NCBI GenBank assembly: GCA_033764135.1
Contig: JANRJE010000008.1
Span: forward strand, 25,395 to 89,394
Length of the DNA: 64,000 bases
Reading direction: 5' to 3'
DNA from: Gemmatimonadales bacterium
GTDB lineage: Bacteria; Gemmatimonadota; Gemmatimonadetes; Gemmatimonadales; GWC2-71-9
Part shown: in pieces, positions 47,745 through 57,023 of the stretch
How the letters are laid out: the number at the start of each line of letters is the position of its first letter
Position numbering within the stretch: position 1 is the first letter of the stretch
Translations under genes and position numbers: made by a program
Notes under the pieces: model-generated
Database searches by the model: none
Told to the model about the DNA's origin: nothing
The model's input: the letters and a program-made list of their open reading frames with translations, nothing else

Positions 47745-47818
47745 GAGGCCAATCTACCCGATCCGAACGAAGGCCGAAAGAGCAAAAAAACGCGAGTGTG
47801 GATGCCTACGGCGCCCAA

Positions 47819-48673
47819 TCACCCCAACCACACCCCACGTGCCACCAGCCGACCCTCGCCACAGAGCCAGATGTCGTGGGCCACTCCGTCGCTGATCTGC
47901 GCATTGACCGTGAGCACCCGACCACTGGCCGAGCGGAAGCGGAGCGGGAGTTGGTCGAGTCCGGCCGTCGCCAGGACCAGCGCGGCAGCGACTGTGCCGG
48001 TGCCGCAGGCCAGAGTCTCGCCCTCGACGCCGCGCTCGTAGGTACGGAGAGCCCAGGTTGGCGCAGCCGGGTCAGCCGCACCTCCAGTTCCACTGGAAGG
48101 TGAGATGCGGCTCACGAAGTTGGCGTTGGCTCCCCCTGACCCGCAGCCCGGATGAAATCGCTGGATCCGGCCCCGCTCCGCCACATCCACGGCAGCCACA
48201 TCGTCGACCACCGTCACCAGGTGAGGCACCCCTATGGTGCCGAGCGAAATCGACTGCTCTCCCTCACCGAGTTCGACGCTCGCTGGTACCGGTACCGGTG
48301 CATCCGGCAGGTGCAGTTCCGCCAGTGCCCCCCCCTCCGACCCGACGCAGCGCGCTCCGAAGCTGCCGGCGTCGGTCACCAGGGTCATCCCGGCCGGGTC
48401 GGCCATCTCCATCGCCGCGGCGAAGCGCGTGGTGCAGAGGGCCGCGTTGCCGCACATCGCGGCCCTCGATCCATCGGCATTGAAGAAGGTCATCCGGACG
48501 GTGTTGTCGCCGAGCGGGGTGACGATCACCAGACCATCACCGCCGATGCCATCGCGCCGATCACAGATCCGCACGATCCGTTCGGGCGGCCAGTCGGCGT
48601 CGCTGGTGGTGCGGCCGTCGAACATCACGAAATCGTTGCCCGACCCGGTCGCCTTGTGGAAAACGGCGCTCAT
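47819..48673 (-). CDS. dapF: Diaminopimelate epimerase
   Basis: KATGSGNDF, GIGGDG, NADGSRAAMCGNA, GVPH, RTYERGVEGETLACGTG. Confidence 0.95.
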   Translation of the reverse strand: MSAVFHKATGSGNDFVMFDGRTTSDADWPPERIVRICDRRDGIGGDGLVIVTPLGDNTVRMTFFNADGSRAAMCGNAALCTTRFAAAMEMADPAGMTLVTDAGSFGARCVGSEGGALAELHLPDAPVPVPASVELGEGEQSISLGTIGVPHLVTVVDDVAAVDVAERGRIQRFHPGCGSGGANANFVSRISPSSGTGGAADPAAPTWALRTYERGVEGETLACGTGTVAAALVLATAGLDQLPLRFRSASGRVLTVNAQISDGVAHDIWLCGEGRLVARGVWLG

Positions 48674-49392
48674 CCGAGCCGCCCCAGGATCCCCTGGATC
48701 CGGATCCACCACACCATCCAGATCGCCTCGCGCACGATCTTCTTGTTCATCTTGCTCTGCCCCTCGACCCGGTCCACGAACACGATCGGCACTTCCTTGA
48801 GCCGGAATCCCTTGCGCCATGCCCGGTAGCTCATCTCGATCTGAAAGCCGTAGCCGTTGGAGCGCACCCGTTCGAACGGGATCGCCTCCAGCACCGCCCG
48901 GCGGAAGCACTTGAAGCCGCCGGTGGCGTCGGTGAGCGGCATCCGGGTGATCCAGCGGACGTACTTGTTGGCGAACCAACTGAGCAGCAGCCGCGACATC
49001 GGCCAGTTGATGACGTTGACGCCGCTGGCATAGCGCGAGCCCAGGACCAGGTCCGCTTCGGCAGTCGCGCCGAGCAGCACCGGGAGATACTTCGGATCGT
49101 GCGAGAAATCGGCGTCCATCTCGAGGATGAAGGCGTAGTCCCGTTCCAGCGCCCAGACGAATCCGGCCAGGTAGGCGCGACCGAGCCCCTCCTTGGCGGT
49201 GCGGTGCAGGACGTGAACCCGCGAGTTGACCGCGGCCATCTCGTCGGCGAGCTGACCGGTGCCGTCGGGCGAGTTGTCATCGACCACCAGGACGTCGATC
49301 CGCGGATCCTGCACCAGCACCAGCGGGACGATTCGGGGGAGGTTGTCGCGCTCGTTGTAGGTCGGGATCACCACCAGGACACGATCATCCAT
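48670..49392 (-). CDS. Polyprenol monophosphomannose synthase (GT2, DPM1-like)
   Basis: IPTYNE, VDDNSPDGTG, GLGRAY, EMDADFSHDP, DATGGFKCFR, GYGFQIE. Confidence 0.92.
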   Translation of the reverse strand: MDDRVLVVIPTYNERDNLPRIVPLVLVQDPRIDVLVVDDNSPDGTGQLADEMAAVNSRVHVLHRTAKEGLGRAYLAGFVWALERDYAFILEMDADFSHDPKYLPVLLGATAEADLVLGSRYASGVNVINWPMSRLLLSWFANKYVRWITRMPLTDATGGFKCFRRAVLEAIPFERVRSNGYGFQIEMSYRAWRKGFRLKEVPIVFVDRVEGQSKMNKKIVREAIWMVWWIRIQGILGRLG

Positions 49393-51769
49393 TGGCGTTC
49401 TCGCGGCGTGACTGGACGATGCCGACTCCGATCACGCCAATGGCGCCGAGCAGCGAAAGCCAGGTGATGAGTTTGCCGGTGCCGTAACCGGGAGTGTGAT
49501 AGCTGAGCGTCACCTCGCGCGCGCCCGACGGGATAGCCACGCTCAACTGGGCGTGGTTGGCGCGGAGCGTCGGCACGGGAGTGCCATCCACCGTCGCCTC
49601 CCAACCCGGCACCCAGTTCTCGGCGACCAGGAGGTAGTTGGTTGCCTGATCGGTGCCGTCAAGGCGAATCGTCATTGCTCCGGCGTCCCAGGCGGTGAGC
49701 GATGCCGTCACTGGGCTGCCCTCACGCAACGCCTCGGCCCCGCCCGCTCCCGGTACGGCAACGGTGTCAGGATAGAGCGCCACCTGGTCGACCGGGAATC
49801 GCGGGTCGACGACGGTCGGGATGATCTGGCCCTCGGGCACTGTGACGGCGTTCGGCACCACCCGCACCCATGGCGCCGGGGTGTCACGCTGGTAGAGGAA
49901 CCCCGCCGTGGCGCGTCGGCCGGTCAACGAAGGGAACGCCACCGGACCCTCCACCTTGCTGAATCCCGGCAGTTCGATCTCGCCGCCGATGGTGATGAAG
50001 TTGACGGCATAAAGATCCCACAGCGTCTGGGAGGTCTGATATTCCCAGACATTCTTGACGCCCCAGAGCTCATCGTAGAACCGGGGCTCGTTGCCGTGGT
50101 AGCCGAAGACGGTCGGGACCCGCTCGGCCATCAGCCATGAGCCCTGATAGACACCGAAGTTGTACTCCCGGATGCCGTCGCTGCGGCCGTCGTAGTTCCG
50201 GAACGGCATCGGGGTCGCCGTCATCGCGGCGGTGAGCGCGTCGGGGGCGTAGGTTACGGCGGCGGGCTCGACCCATGAGGTGTAGTGCTTGAGAATACTC
50301 CAGTTGTCGCCGACCACGACGAGGATCAGCGCGGCGGCGGCCAGTGCGCCAGTGAGGAGGCGGCGCTGCATGGCGATGAGCACTCCCCCCCCCAACAGCA
50401 CCACCAGAAGCAGGCGGATCGACCCCATCCGGAGTGCCGCGGCGTTGGCGAGCACCACGTCGCGACGCTGTTCCGGGGCGAGCGCCTCGGCAAACGGCTG
50501 CAGTCCGCCCATGGCGCCGAGCAGGCCAATGAATGCAACCCCTCCCAACCAGGTCAGCAGCTTGCGGGAGGTGATTTCTCCGTTCTGGAGCCGCTCGACT
50601 CCGAGTGCTGCCCATACGCAGACCGGGAGTGCCACCAGGAAGAAGGCCATTCCCGCAGCGCGCACCTTGCTCATCATCGGCATCACTTCGTACCAGAGCC
50701 GATAAAAGGGGGTGTGTCCTCCAAGACTCACAAGAAGGAAAAGCACGGCAATCGTGCCGAAGCCGAGCAGCAGCCCGCGCCTGCGTGCCAGGGAGAGGCC
50801 GAGGATCGCCAGGATGACGATCAGGACTCCAAGGTATTCCACGTGGGTCTTGAAGAAGTTGCTGCCCCAGTAGAGCTCGAACATCCCGTTGAACTGCGGC
50901 AGGATCGTCGAGGCGAGTTCGTCGAGCGGCATCGCAAATTGGGTGGCGTATTCCCATCCCGATGACGCTCCGCCTTCGACCCTGGGGGAGAATGGCAGGT
51001 ACTTGAGAAACGGCATTCCCTGGATCATCCCGATCCCGATGCCGAGTGCGGCGCCGACTCCCGCACCGCCGAGATCCCGGATCAGGGTGCGGGGGCGGCT
51101 CCGCTCCTTGTCACCGAAGGTGAGCCACAGTGTCAGCAACCCGCTCCCCACCAACAGGTAATAGGTCATCTGGTAGTGGGGCGACAGCATCGCCAGACCG
51201 ACCACCATGGCGAAGGCACCGAAGCCGGCCAGGCGCCCGTCGCGAATGGCGCGAATCAGGGACAGGAATGCGAGCGGCGCGAGGGCGGCCACGAACAGCT
51301 TGCCGTCGTGCCCCGGCCGGAGCATTGAGGCGAGGATACCCGACAGCTGGTATCCCACTCCCCCGACCACCGCAGCGGTCCAGCCGAGCCGGAGGCCGCG
51401 GAGCAGCGCGTACATCGCTCCGCCAGCAACAACGAGGTGGAGGTAGAAGCCGAGGGTCATGCCGATATCGGTGGGCAGCAGCCAACGGAGCCAGGCAGTA
51501 GGATAGAAGATGTCGCCATGCATCGCAGCGATGAACGGCATCCCGCCGAAGAGGTACGGATTCCATTCCGGGATGCGGCCTTGGTCCTTGAAAAAGGTCG
51601 ACCCGAAATCACGGAAGGCATAGCCGGCGATCAGTTGGTCGTCGCCGGCCAGGAATTGGCCGGAGAAGATCGGCCACATCAGAGTCGTGGCCGCCAGGGC
51701 GAAGATCAGCCACGCCATGAGAGGCGCGCCGCGTGGTTCCCAGTGTCGCTGTGGTTCAGGCGTCGTCAC
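49385..51769 (-). CDS. YfhO family polytopic membrane protein (GT-C-like)
   Basis: PEWNPYLFGGMPF, many TM helices, C-terminal ENWVPGWEATVDG...RANH periplasmic domain. Confidence 0.85.
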   Translation of the reverse strand: MTTPEPQRHWEPRGAPLMAWLIFALAATTLMWPIFSGQFLAGDDQLIAGYAFRDFGSTFFKDQGRIPEWNPYLFGGMPFIAAMHGDIFYPTAWLRWLLPTDIGMTLGFYLHLVVAGGAMYALLRGLRLGWTAAVVGGVGYQLSGILASMLRPGHDGKLFVAALAPLAFLSLIRAIRDGRLAGFGAFAMVVGLAMLSPHYQMTYYLLVGSGLLTLWLTFGDKERSRPRTLIRDLGGAGVGAALGIGIGMIQGMPFLKYLPFSPRVEGGASSGWEYATQFAMPLDELASTILPQFNGMFELYWGSNFFKTHVEYLGVLIVILAILGLSLARRRGLLLGFGTIAVLFLLVSLGGHTPFYRLWYEVMPMMSKVRAAGMAFFLVALPVCVWAALGVERLQNGEITSRKLLTWLGGVAFIGLLGAMGGLQPFAEALAPEQRRDVVLANAAALRMGSIRLLLVVLLGGGVLIAMQRRLLTGALAAAALILVVVGDNWSILKHYTSWVEPAAVTYAPDALTAAMTATPMPFRNYDGRSDGIREYNFGVYQGSWLMAERVPTVFGYHGNEPRFYDELWGVKNVWEYQTSQTLWDLYAVNFITIGGEIELPGFSKVEGPVAFPSLTGRRATAGFLYQRDTPAPWVRVVPNAVTVPEGQIIPTVVDPRFPVDQVALYPDTVAVPGAGGAEALREGSPVTASLTAWDAGAMTIRLDGTDQATNYLLVAENWVPGWEATVDGTPVPTLRANHAQLSVAIPSGAREVTLSYHTPGYGTGKLITWLSLLGAIGVIGVGIVQSRRENANG

Positions 51770-52679
51770 GCGACGTCCTCCCGAGGAGAAAGAGCGGCAG
51801 GGCCACTCCGAGTTCGTTGATCGTCAGAGCCAACCGGGACGCGGCCGCAAGCGCGATCGCCTGGCCGAGTCCGATGGTGGGCTGCAACAACAGGATCAGC
51901 ACGCTTTCCCGAACACCGATGCCGCCGGGAGCGAACAGAAAGAGGTACCCAGCAAGATACGAGGCGGTGAACGCCCCGGTTGCGAGCGGCCACCCCATTG
52001 TGGTCTCACCAATGGTGCCGCGGGCCAGCCAGAGCAGCGCCAGCCCGTAGCCCAGCCAGGCCAGCAGGTTGGGGATCACCGCCATCACGAGCTGGCCGGG
52101 TCTGATGGCGCGGACCGCCTCGGCTCGACCGATTCGGCAGCCGAACCAGCGCATTACAGGCTGGCTGGTGACCAGCGCCGATGCCAACAACGCCACGCTT
52201 GCCAATCCGACCGCAGCCAACACGCCGCCGGGCAAGTGTTGGTCGAGCAGCGTTCCGCCGAGAAAGCCGACCGCGACGGCTCCGCCGGTCATCAGAGCGA
52301 GCAACTGCATCACGATCGCGGATCCCATCGCCGTGGTGCCGCTCACCCCTTCCTGTTTGGCCAGCACGGCGAGCCCGAGCAGAGCCCATACTTTGCCCGG
52401 AATGTAGCGTCCCAGCGAGGCGAGCAGCCAGATGCGGACGGCGCGCCAGAACGGCAGCGACTCACCCCAGGCGATGATCAGCTTGCGCCAGCCCCAGACG
52501 AGGCCGAGGTACATCAGCCACGTGAGCAGGAGCGACTCCGCGATCCAGAGCCAGTCCAGGTGCCACTCGATTCCCTGGGCACGGACCGTATCCCATTGCC
52601 GGACCAGGGAACGCACCGCCAGTGCCACGACCAGGGTGCCGATGGCGGTCCTGAGCAGCCGCCACGATCCGCTACCCAT
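51756..52679 (-). CDS. Lysylphosphatidylglycerol synthase-like TM domain protein (putative flippase)
   Basis: LGRYIPGKVW, APGGIGVRE motifs; about 8 TM helices. Confidence 0.82.
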   Translation of the reverse strand: MGSGSWRLLRTAIGTLVVALAVRSLVRQWDTVRAQGIEWHLDWLWIAESLLLTWLMYLGLVWGWRKLIIAWGESLPFWRAVRIWLLASLGRYIPGKVWALLGLAVLAKQEGVSGTTAMGSAIVMQLLALMTGGAVAVGFLGGTLLDQHLPGGVLAAVGLASVALLASALVTSQPVMRWFGCRIGRAEAVRAIRPGQLVMAVIPNLLAWLGYGLALLWLARGTIGETTMGWPLATGAFTASYLAGYLFLFAPGGIGVRESVLILLLQPTIGLGQAIALAAASRLALTINELGVALPLFLLGRTSRDDA

Positions 52680-53841
52680 CGAGCGCCCGCCGGTACCACT
52701 CGATTGCCCGGGTGGCCACATACCCTGGAGCGAGCCGGTCGCGCCAGACGGCACCGGCGGCATGGGCAGCGTCGGCGGCGGAGCGGTCGGCGGATATTTC
52801 ACCGAGTGCCGAGGCGAGCGCCGTTGCGGTCGGTACGGTTCGTCTCCCCCCCCCCGAGTCGGGGACGATGTCGAGCAGGCCGCCCCCGTCGGTGCAGGCC
52901 ACGACCGGCACCCCCTGCATCAGAGCCTCAGCCGCAGCCAGCCCGAAGCCCTCGTCGTGGGCAGTCATCAGCATGACGTCCGCGGTCGCAAGAATTCCGG
53001 GAACCTGCTCCGGAGGGACCGCACCAACGAAGCGGACCGTGCCTGATCCGGCGACGCTCGCAGCGTGCCGTTCCAGCATCGGCCGTTCCGGGCCGTCGCC
53101 GATGACGGTGAGAGGCAGAGCGAGGCCGTTGTCGCGGGCGAGCTGCCAGGCGTCGATGGCGAGCCCGGTGCGTTTCTGGGGAGTGAGGCGACCGAGCACG
53201 ATCACGCCTCCCCCCCCCAGCGAGCGGGGGCGGTCCGCTGCCGCAACCGGCATCGGCTGCACCGCATCCGGCTGTACCGGGACGCCGATCCGTGACCGGA
53301 TGATTCCGGCGAATGGCGTGGAGACCGTGGTCACCAGGCGCGCCCGGCCGAGCGCTCGGCGGGCCAGCCACCGGGCAATACCGGAGCGCTCCACCAGGCG
53401 GACATCGGTGCCGTGGCAGGTACACACCATGGCGAGCCCATGGGGCGCGGCCATCGCACCCGGGATCCACCAGTGAGCGTGGACCACCACACGCTCGGCC
53501 CCATCTGCTTCCTCTATCACGCCCTGCCGCAGCGCACCGATCATCCCCCACAACGCTACAAGACCGGCGGGTGTTCTCGCGGCATCGGCCATCGTGCCGG
53601 TGTAGGCGTAGCGTTCCCGTGACGGGAAGGCGTAGCGCACCCGGCGGACGGGAATACCGTCGATCAGGTCACGCCCCCCCGCCCCGTGGTCGCTCGGCGC
53701 CACCACCCGAAGGTCAATCCCACGGTCGCGGAGCGCCATAGCCAGCGGACGCAGAAATCCTCCCGCGATGTCGTCGCGGCTGCGCGGGTAGTTGTGGGTG
53801 AGGAAGATCACCCGAAGGGGATCAGTCGATGTGGTCGGCAT
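52672..53841 (-). CDS. Glycosyltransferase family 4
   Basis: HAHWW, GRLTPQK, EGFGLAAAEALMQGVPVV. Confidence 0.9.
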   Translation of the reverse strand: MPTTSTDPLRVIFLTHNYPRSRDDIAGGFLRPLAMALRDRGIDLRVVAPSDHGAGGRDLIDGIPVRRVRYAFPSRERYAYTGTMADAARTPAGLVALWGMIGALRQGVIEEADGAERVVVHAHWWIPGAMAAPHGLAMVCTCHGTDVRLVERSGIARWLARRALGRARLVTTVSTPFAGIIRSRIGVPVQPDAVQPMPVAAADRPRSLGGGGVIVLGRLTPQKRTGLAIDAWQLARDNGLALPLTVIGDGPERPMLERHAASVAGSGTVRFVGAVPPEQVPGILATADVMLMTAHDEGFGLAAAEALMQGVPVVACTDGGGLLDIVPDSGGGRRTVPTATALASALGEISADRSAADAAHAAGAVWRDRLAPGYVATRAIEWYRRALDG

Positions 53842-54751
53842 CAATACGGCGTATCAGCTCGCGCTGCTCCTCGCGCATCCCCGCCACCAGCTCCCCGAGG
53901 AAGCCGAATCCGAACAGCGCCACGCCGGTGATCAGCATCGTCTGAACCAGACTCACCAGCAGGGCGACGTCGGCTCGCATCGCGAACCGAAGCGCCACGG
54001 CGATGGTCCCCGCCACGAAGCCAATCAGGAAGAGGACCGCCCCGGCCACCCCGAAGAAGAGCATCGGCTTCCGGCCGAAGCGCAGCTGGAACCAGACCGA
54101 CAGCAGGTCCAGCACCCCGACCGGGATGCGCCGCCAGGTGAACTTGGAGACGCCGGCGGTGCGGGGATGGAGCGGCACCGGTGTTGAGGTGAGCCGGAAG
54201 CCGTCGGCGGCCGCGATGACCACCATGAAGCGATGCCAGTCCGGGCGGAGCGGCACGTTGGCCATCACCTCGCGACGATACGCCTTGACGGAATTGAGAT
54301 CGGTGACCCTGATGCCGAAGAGCCACCGGCAGAGGCCATTGTAAACCGAGGAGACGAACGCCTTCTCGTATTTCCCCTGCTTGGTCCCGGTGACGATGTC
54401 CGCCTCGTCTGCAAGCAGCGGTGCCACCAGCGCCGGAATGTCCTCAGGCCTGTACTGCAGGTCGGCCGGGTAGAAGACGAAGATGTTGCCGCGGGCCACG
54501 TCGCCGGCACTGCGGAGCGCGTCGGCGATGCCACGCCGCTGGCGATGGGTGACATGCCGGAGGAACTGATGCTCCGCCTCCAGCCCGGCCAGCACCGCCG
54601 GGGTGCGGTCCCGTGAGCCGTCGTCAACCACGATGACCTCGAACGGAACCCCCAACTTCGGCAGCTCTGCAGCACACTGCCTGAGCAGCTCGGGGAGGTT
54701 CTCCGCCTCGTCCTTGGCGGGGATGAGCACCGACACCATCGCGTCGCTCAT
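53822..54751 (-). CDS. Glycosyltransferase family 2 (ArnC/GtrB-like, two C-terminal TM helices)
   Basis: LIPAKDEAENL, VDDGSRD, ADLQY.PEDIP, HRF; ATGA overlap with the rpoN stop. Confidence 0.9.
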   Translation of the reverse strand: MSDAMVSVLIPAKDEAENLPELLRQCAAELPKLGVPFEVIVVDDGSRDRTPAVLAGLEAEHQFLRHVTHRQRRGIADALRSAGDVARGNIFVFYPADLQYRPEDIPALVAPLLADEADIVTGTKQGKYEKAFVSSVYNGLCRWLFGIRVTDLNSVKAYRREVMANVPLRPDWHRFMVVIAAADGFRLTSTPVPLHPRTAGVSKFTWRRIPVGVLDLLSVWFQLRFGRKPMLFFGVAGAVLFLIGFVAGTIAVALRFAMRADVALLVSLVQTMLITGVALFGFGFLGELVAGMREEQRELIRRIDADHID

Positions 54752-56274
54752 ACCCGCTTCCGCATCCGGGCCGGGAGGATGCCGAGCTGGTCGCGATACT
54801 TGGCAACCGTGCGCCGGGCGATCTGGATCCCCTGCTCCTCGAAAAGGTGGACGATCTGCTGGTCGGTGAGCGGCTTGGCGGTGTTCTCCTCGGCCACCAT
54901 CTTCTCCAGCTTGGCGCGGATCGAGCGGGCCGAGGCGTCTTCGCCCGATGCAGTGGACAGGGCGCTGGAGAAGAAGAACTTGAGCGGCAGCACGCCGCGC
55001 GGAGTCTGCACGTACTTCTCGTTGGTCACCCGGCTCACCGTCGATTCGTGCATCGAGATCACCTCGGCCACCTCGCGGAGCGTCAGCGGCTTGAGGAACT
55101 CGACCCCCTTCTCGAAGAACTCGCGTTGACGATCGACGATGAAGTTCATCACCTTGAGCATCGTCTGACGGCGCTGTTCGATCGCCTGGATCATCCAGGT
55201 GGCGCTGTTCATCCTGGAGGCGATGAAGTCCTTGTTCTCGGTCGACATCTTGCCGCGCTGCCGGGCAATGTCCTGGTACGCGCGGGAGAGCCGGAGCCGG
55301 GGCACGCTGGTGTCGTTGAGGCAGACGTGGTAGCGGTCGACCAGCTTCTCGACGATCAGATCGGGGATGATGTACGCGTCGCTCTTCTCCGCGTGACGGA
55401 GCCCCGGCTTGGGATCGAGCCGCGCCAGGGTGTCGGCCGCCATCTGGGCGTCCCGGGCAGAAACGCCGAAGCGGCGGGCCAGGTCGTTCCAGCGATGGGA
55501 GACTACATCTGGAAACGCCTCGTCGACCATGCGGTAGGCCAGCGAGGTGGTCTCCTTCGCCTCGCGCAGTTGCAGCAGGAGGCACTCCCGGAGGTCGCGC
55601 GCGCCGATCCCGGCCGGTTCCAGCGACTGGACGATGGTCAGCGCCTCCTCGATCTCGGCCTCCGTGAACAGGGTCACCCCGGGAGGGAGGACCACTTCGC
55701 GGAGGGGGGATGGCTCCTCGTCGGGCAGCGCGAAGGGATCGTCCTCGTCATCCTCGTCGGCTTCGCCGGTCGAGGGGAGGTTGCTGATCACCCAATGGTT
55801 GGCCGAGGCGAGGATCTCGCTGAGCGGCGAGGCCAGCCAGCCGTCGTCGGTGATGTTGCCGGCGATCTCCTCCGTGAGCAGGCGCTGACGCGGGGTGAGA
55901 TCGAGCATCTGGAGCTGCTCACCCAGGAAATCGGCGAGGTTTTCGCTGTCGACCGTCACCGGCTCGATGTAGTCGTGCTGTTCGTACTGCTCGCGCGCGC
56001 CGCCACTGACGTCGAAGCCGTTGAGGAGGATCTCCTCCCAGTCGACCTCGTCGTCCTTCTTGGCTATCTCCTGCTCCTCCTCGGTGGTCTTCTCGGCAGT
56101 CTCCTCCTCCTCGGGCTCCTCGAGCTCGAGGAAGGGATTGCCGAGCAGCTCCTGCTGGAGGTGCTGCTGAAGGTCGAGCATCGGCATGTAGAGCATGTCC
56201 ATCGCCTGGTAGAGGCGGGGATTGATGCGCAGCTCCTGCCGGAGCCCGGTATGCTGATGGAGTCCAGTCTTCAC
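54748..56274 (-). CDS. rpoN: RNA polymerase sigma-54 factor
   Basis: EPAGIGARDLRECL, MHESTVSRVT, RpoN box ARRTVAKYR. Confidence 0.97.
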   Translation of the reverse strand: MKTGLHQHTGLRQELRINPRLYQAMDMLYMPMLDLQQHLQQELLGNPFLELEEPEEEETAEKTTEEEQEIAKKDDEVDWEEILLNGFDVSGGAREQYEQHDYIEPVTVDSENLADFLGEQLQMLDLTPRQRLLTEEIAGNITDDGWLASPLSEILASANHWVISNLPSTGEADEDDEDDPFALPDEEPSPLREVVLPPGVTLFTEAEIEEALTIVQSLEPAGIGARDLRECLLLQLREAKETTSLAYRMVDEAFPDVVSHRWNDLARRFGVSARDAQMAADTLARLDPKPGLRHAEKSDAYIIPDLIVEKLVDRYHVCLNDTSVPRLRLSRAYQDIARQRGKMSTENKDFIASRMNSATWMIQAIEQRRQTMLKVMNFIVDRQREFFEKGVEFLKPLTLREVAEVISMHESTVSRVTNEKYVQTPRGVLPLKFFFSSALSTASGEDASARSIRAKLEKMVAEENTAKPLTDQQIVHLFEEQGIQIARRTVAKYRDQLGILPARMRKRV

Positions 56275-57023
56275 GCGGGCTGCTCCATGCGCCCGCGTAG
56301 GCGGGCCGTGAGGGTCGGACCAAGATACAACTCGGCGACGCGATCATTCCAGACCAGTTCCCGGACCAGCCCCGCCGCCTTGACGGTCCCTTCGTGCAGG
56401 ATGTAGGCGCGGTCGACGATCTCCAGAGTCTGCTCCACGTTGTGATCGGTGATGAGGACTCCGATGCCGCGATCCCTGAGCGAGGCGACGATGGTCTGGA
56501 TGTCGTGCACCGCGATCGGATCGACACCGGCGAACGGCTCATCGAGGAGCATGAACTTGGGATTGGTGGTGAGGGCGCGAGTGATCTCGAGGCGCCGGCG
56601 TTCCCCGCCGCTCAAGGTGTAGGCCCGGGCGGTACGGAGGCGGGTCAGACCGAGTTCGTCGAGCATCTCATCGAGGCGCACCAGCCGCTCGGCCCGGCTC
56701 AAGGGGAGCGTCTCCAGGATTGCCAGCACGTTCTGCTCGACCGTCATCCGCCGGAAGATCGATGGCTCCTGCGAGAGATAGCCGATGCCGGCCCGGGCCC
56801 GGCGGTACATCGGCTCGCCAGTGAGGTCGGTATCGTCGAGATGGATGGTGCCGTGATCGGGGCGAATGAGGCCGGTGATCAGATAGAAGGTGGTGGTCTT
56901 CCCCGCCCCGTTGGGTCCCAGCAGGCCGACGATCTCCCCTTGGGCGACATCAACCGCGACATCATCCACCACCGCCCGACGGCCGTAGCTCTTCCGCAGC
57001 CCTTTGGCGATGAGCGTGCTCAT
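56271..57023 (-). CDS. lptB: LPS export ABC transporter ATP-binding protein
   Basis: GPNGAGKTT, LSGGERRRLEI, DEPFAGVDP, ITDHNV. Confidence 0.96.
   Translation of the reverse strand: MSTLIAKGLRKSYGRRAVVDDVAVDVAQGEIVGLLGPNGAGKTTTFYLITGLIRPDHGTIHLDDTDLTGEPMYRRARAGIGYLSQEPSIFRRMTVEQNVLAILETLPLSRAERLVRLDEMLDELGLTRLRTARAYTLSGGERRRLEITRALTTNPKFMLLDEPFAGVDPIAVHDIQTIVASLRDRGIGVLITDHNVEQTLEIVDRAYILHEGTVKAAGLVRELVWNDRVAELYLGPTLTARLRGRMEQPA

Noticed and set aside
47819-48979. Apparent N-terminal extensions or fusions in the ORF track (dapF 386 aa, kdsA 411 aa, GT2 587 aa)
   Set aside because: Extensions are out-of-frame overlaps with the upstream genes; true starts overlap the upstream stop codons
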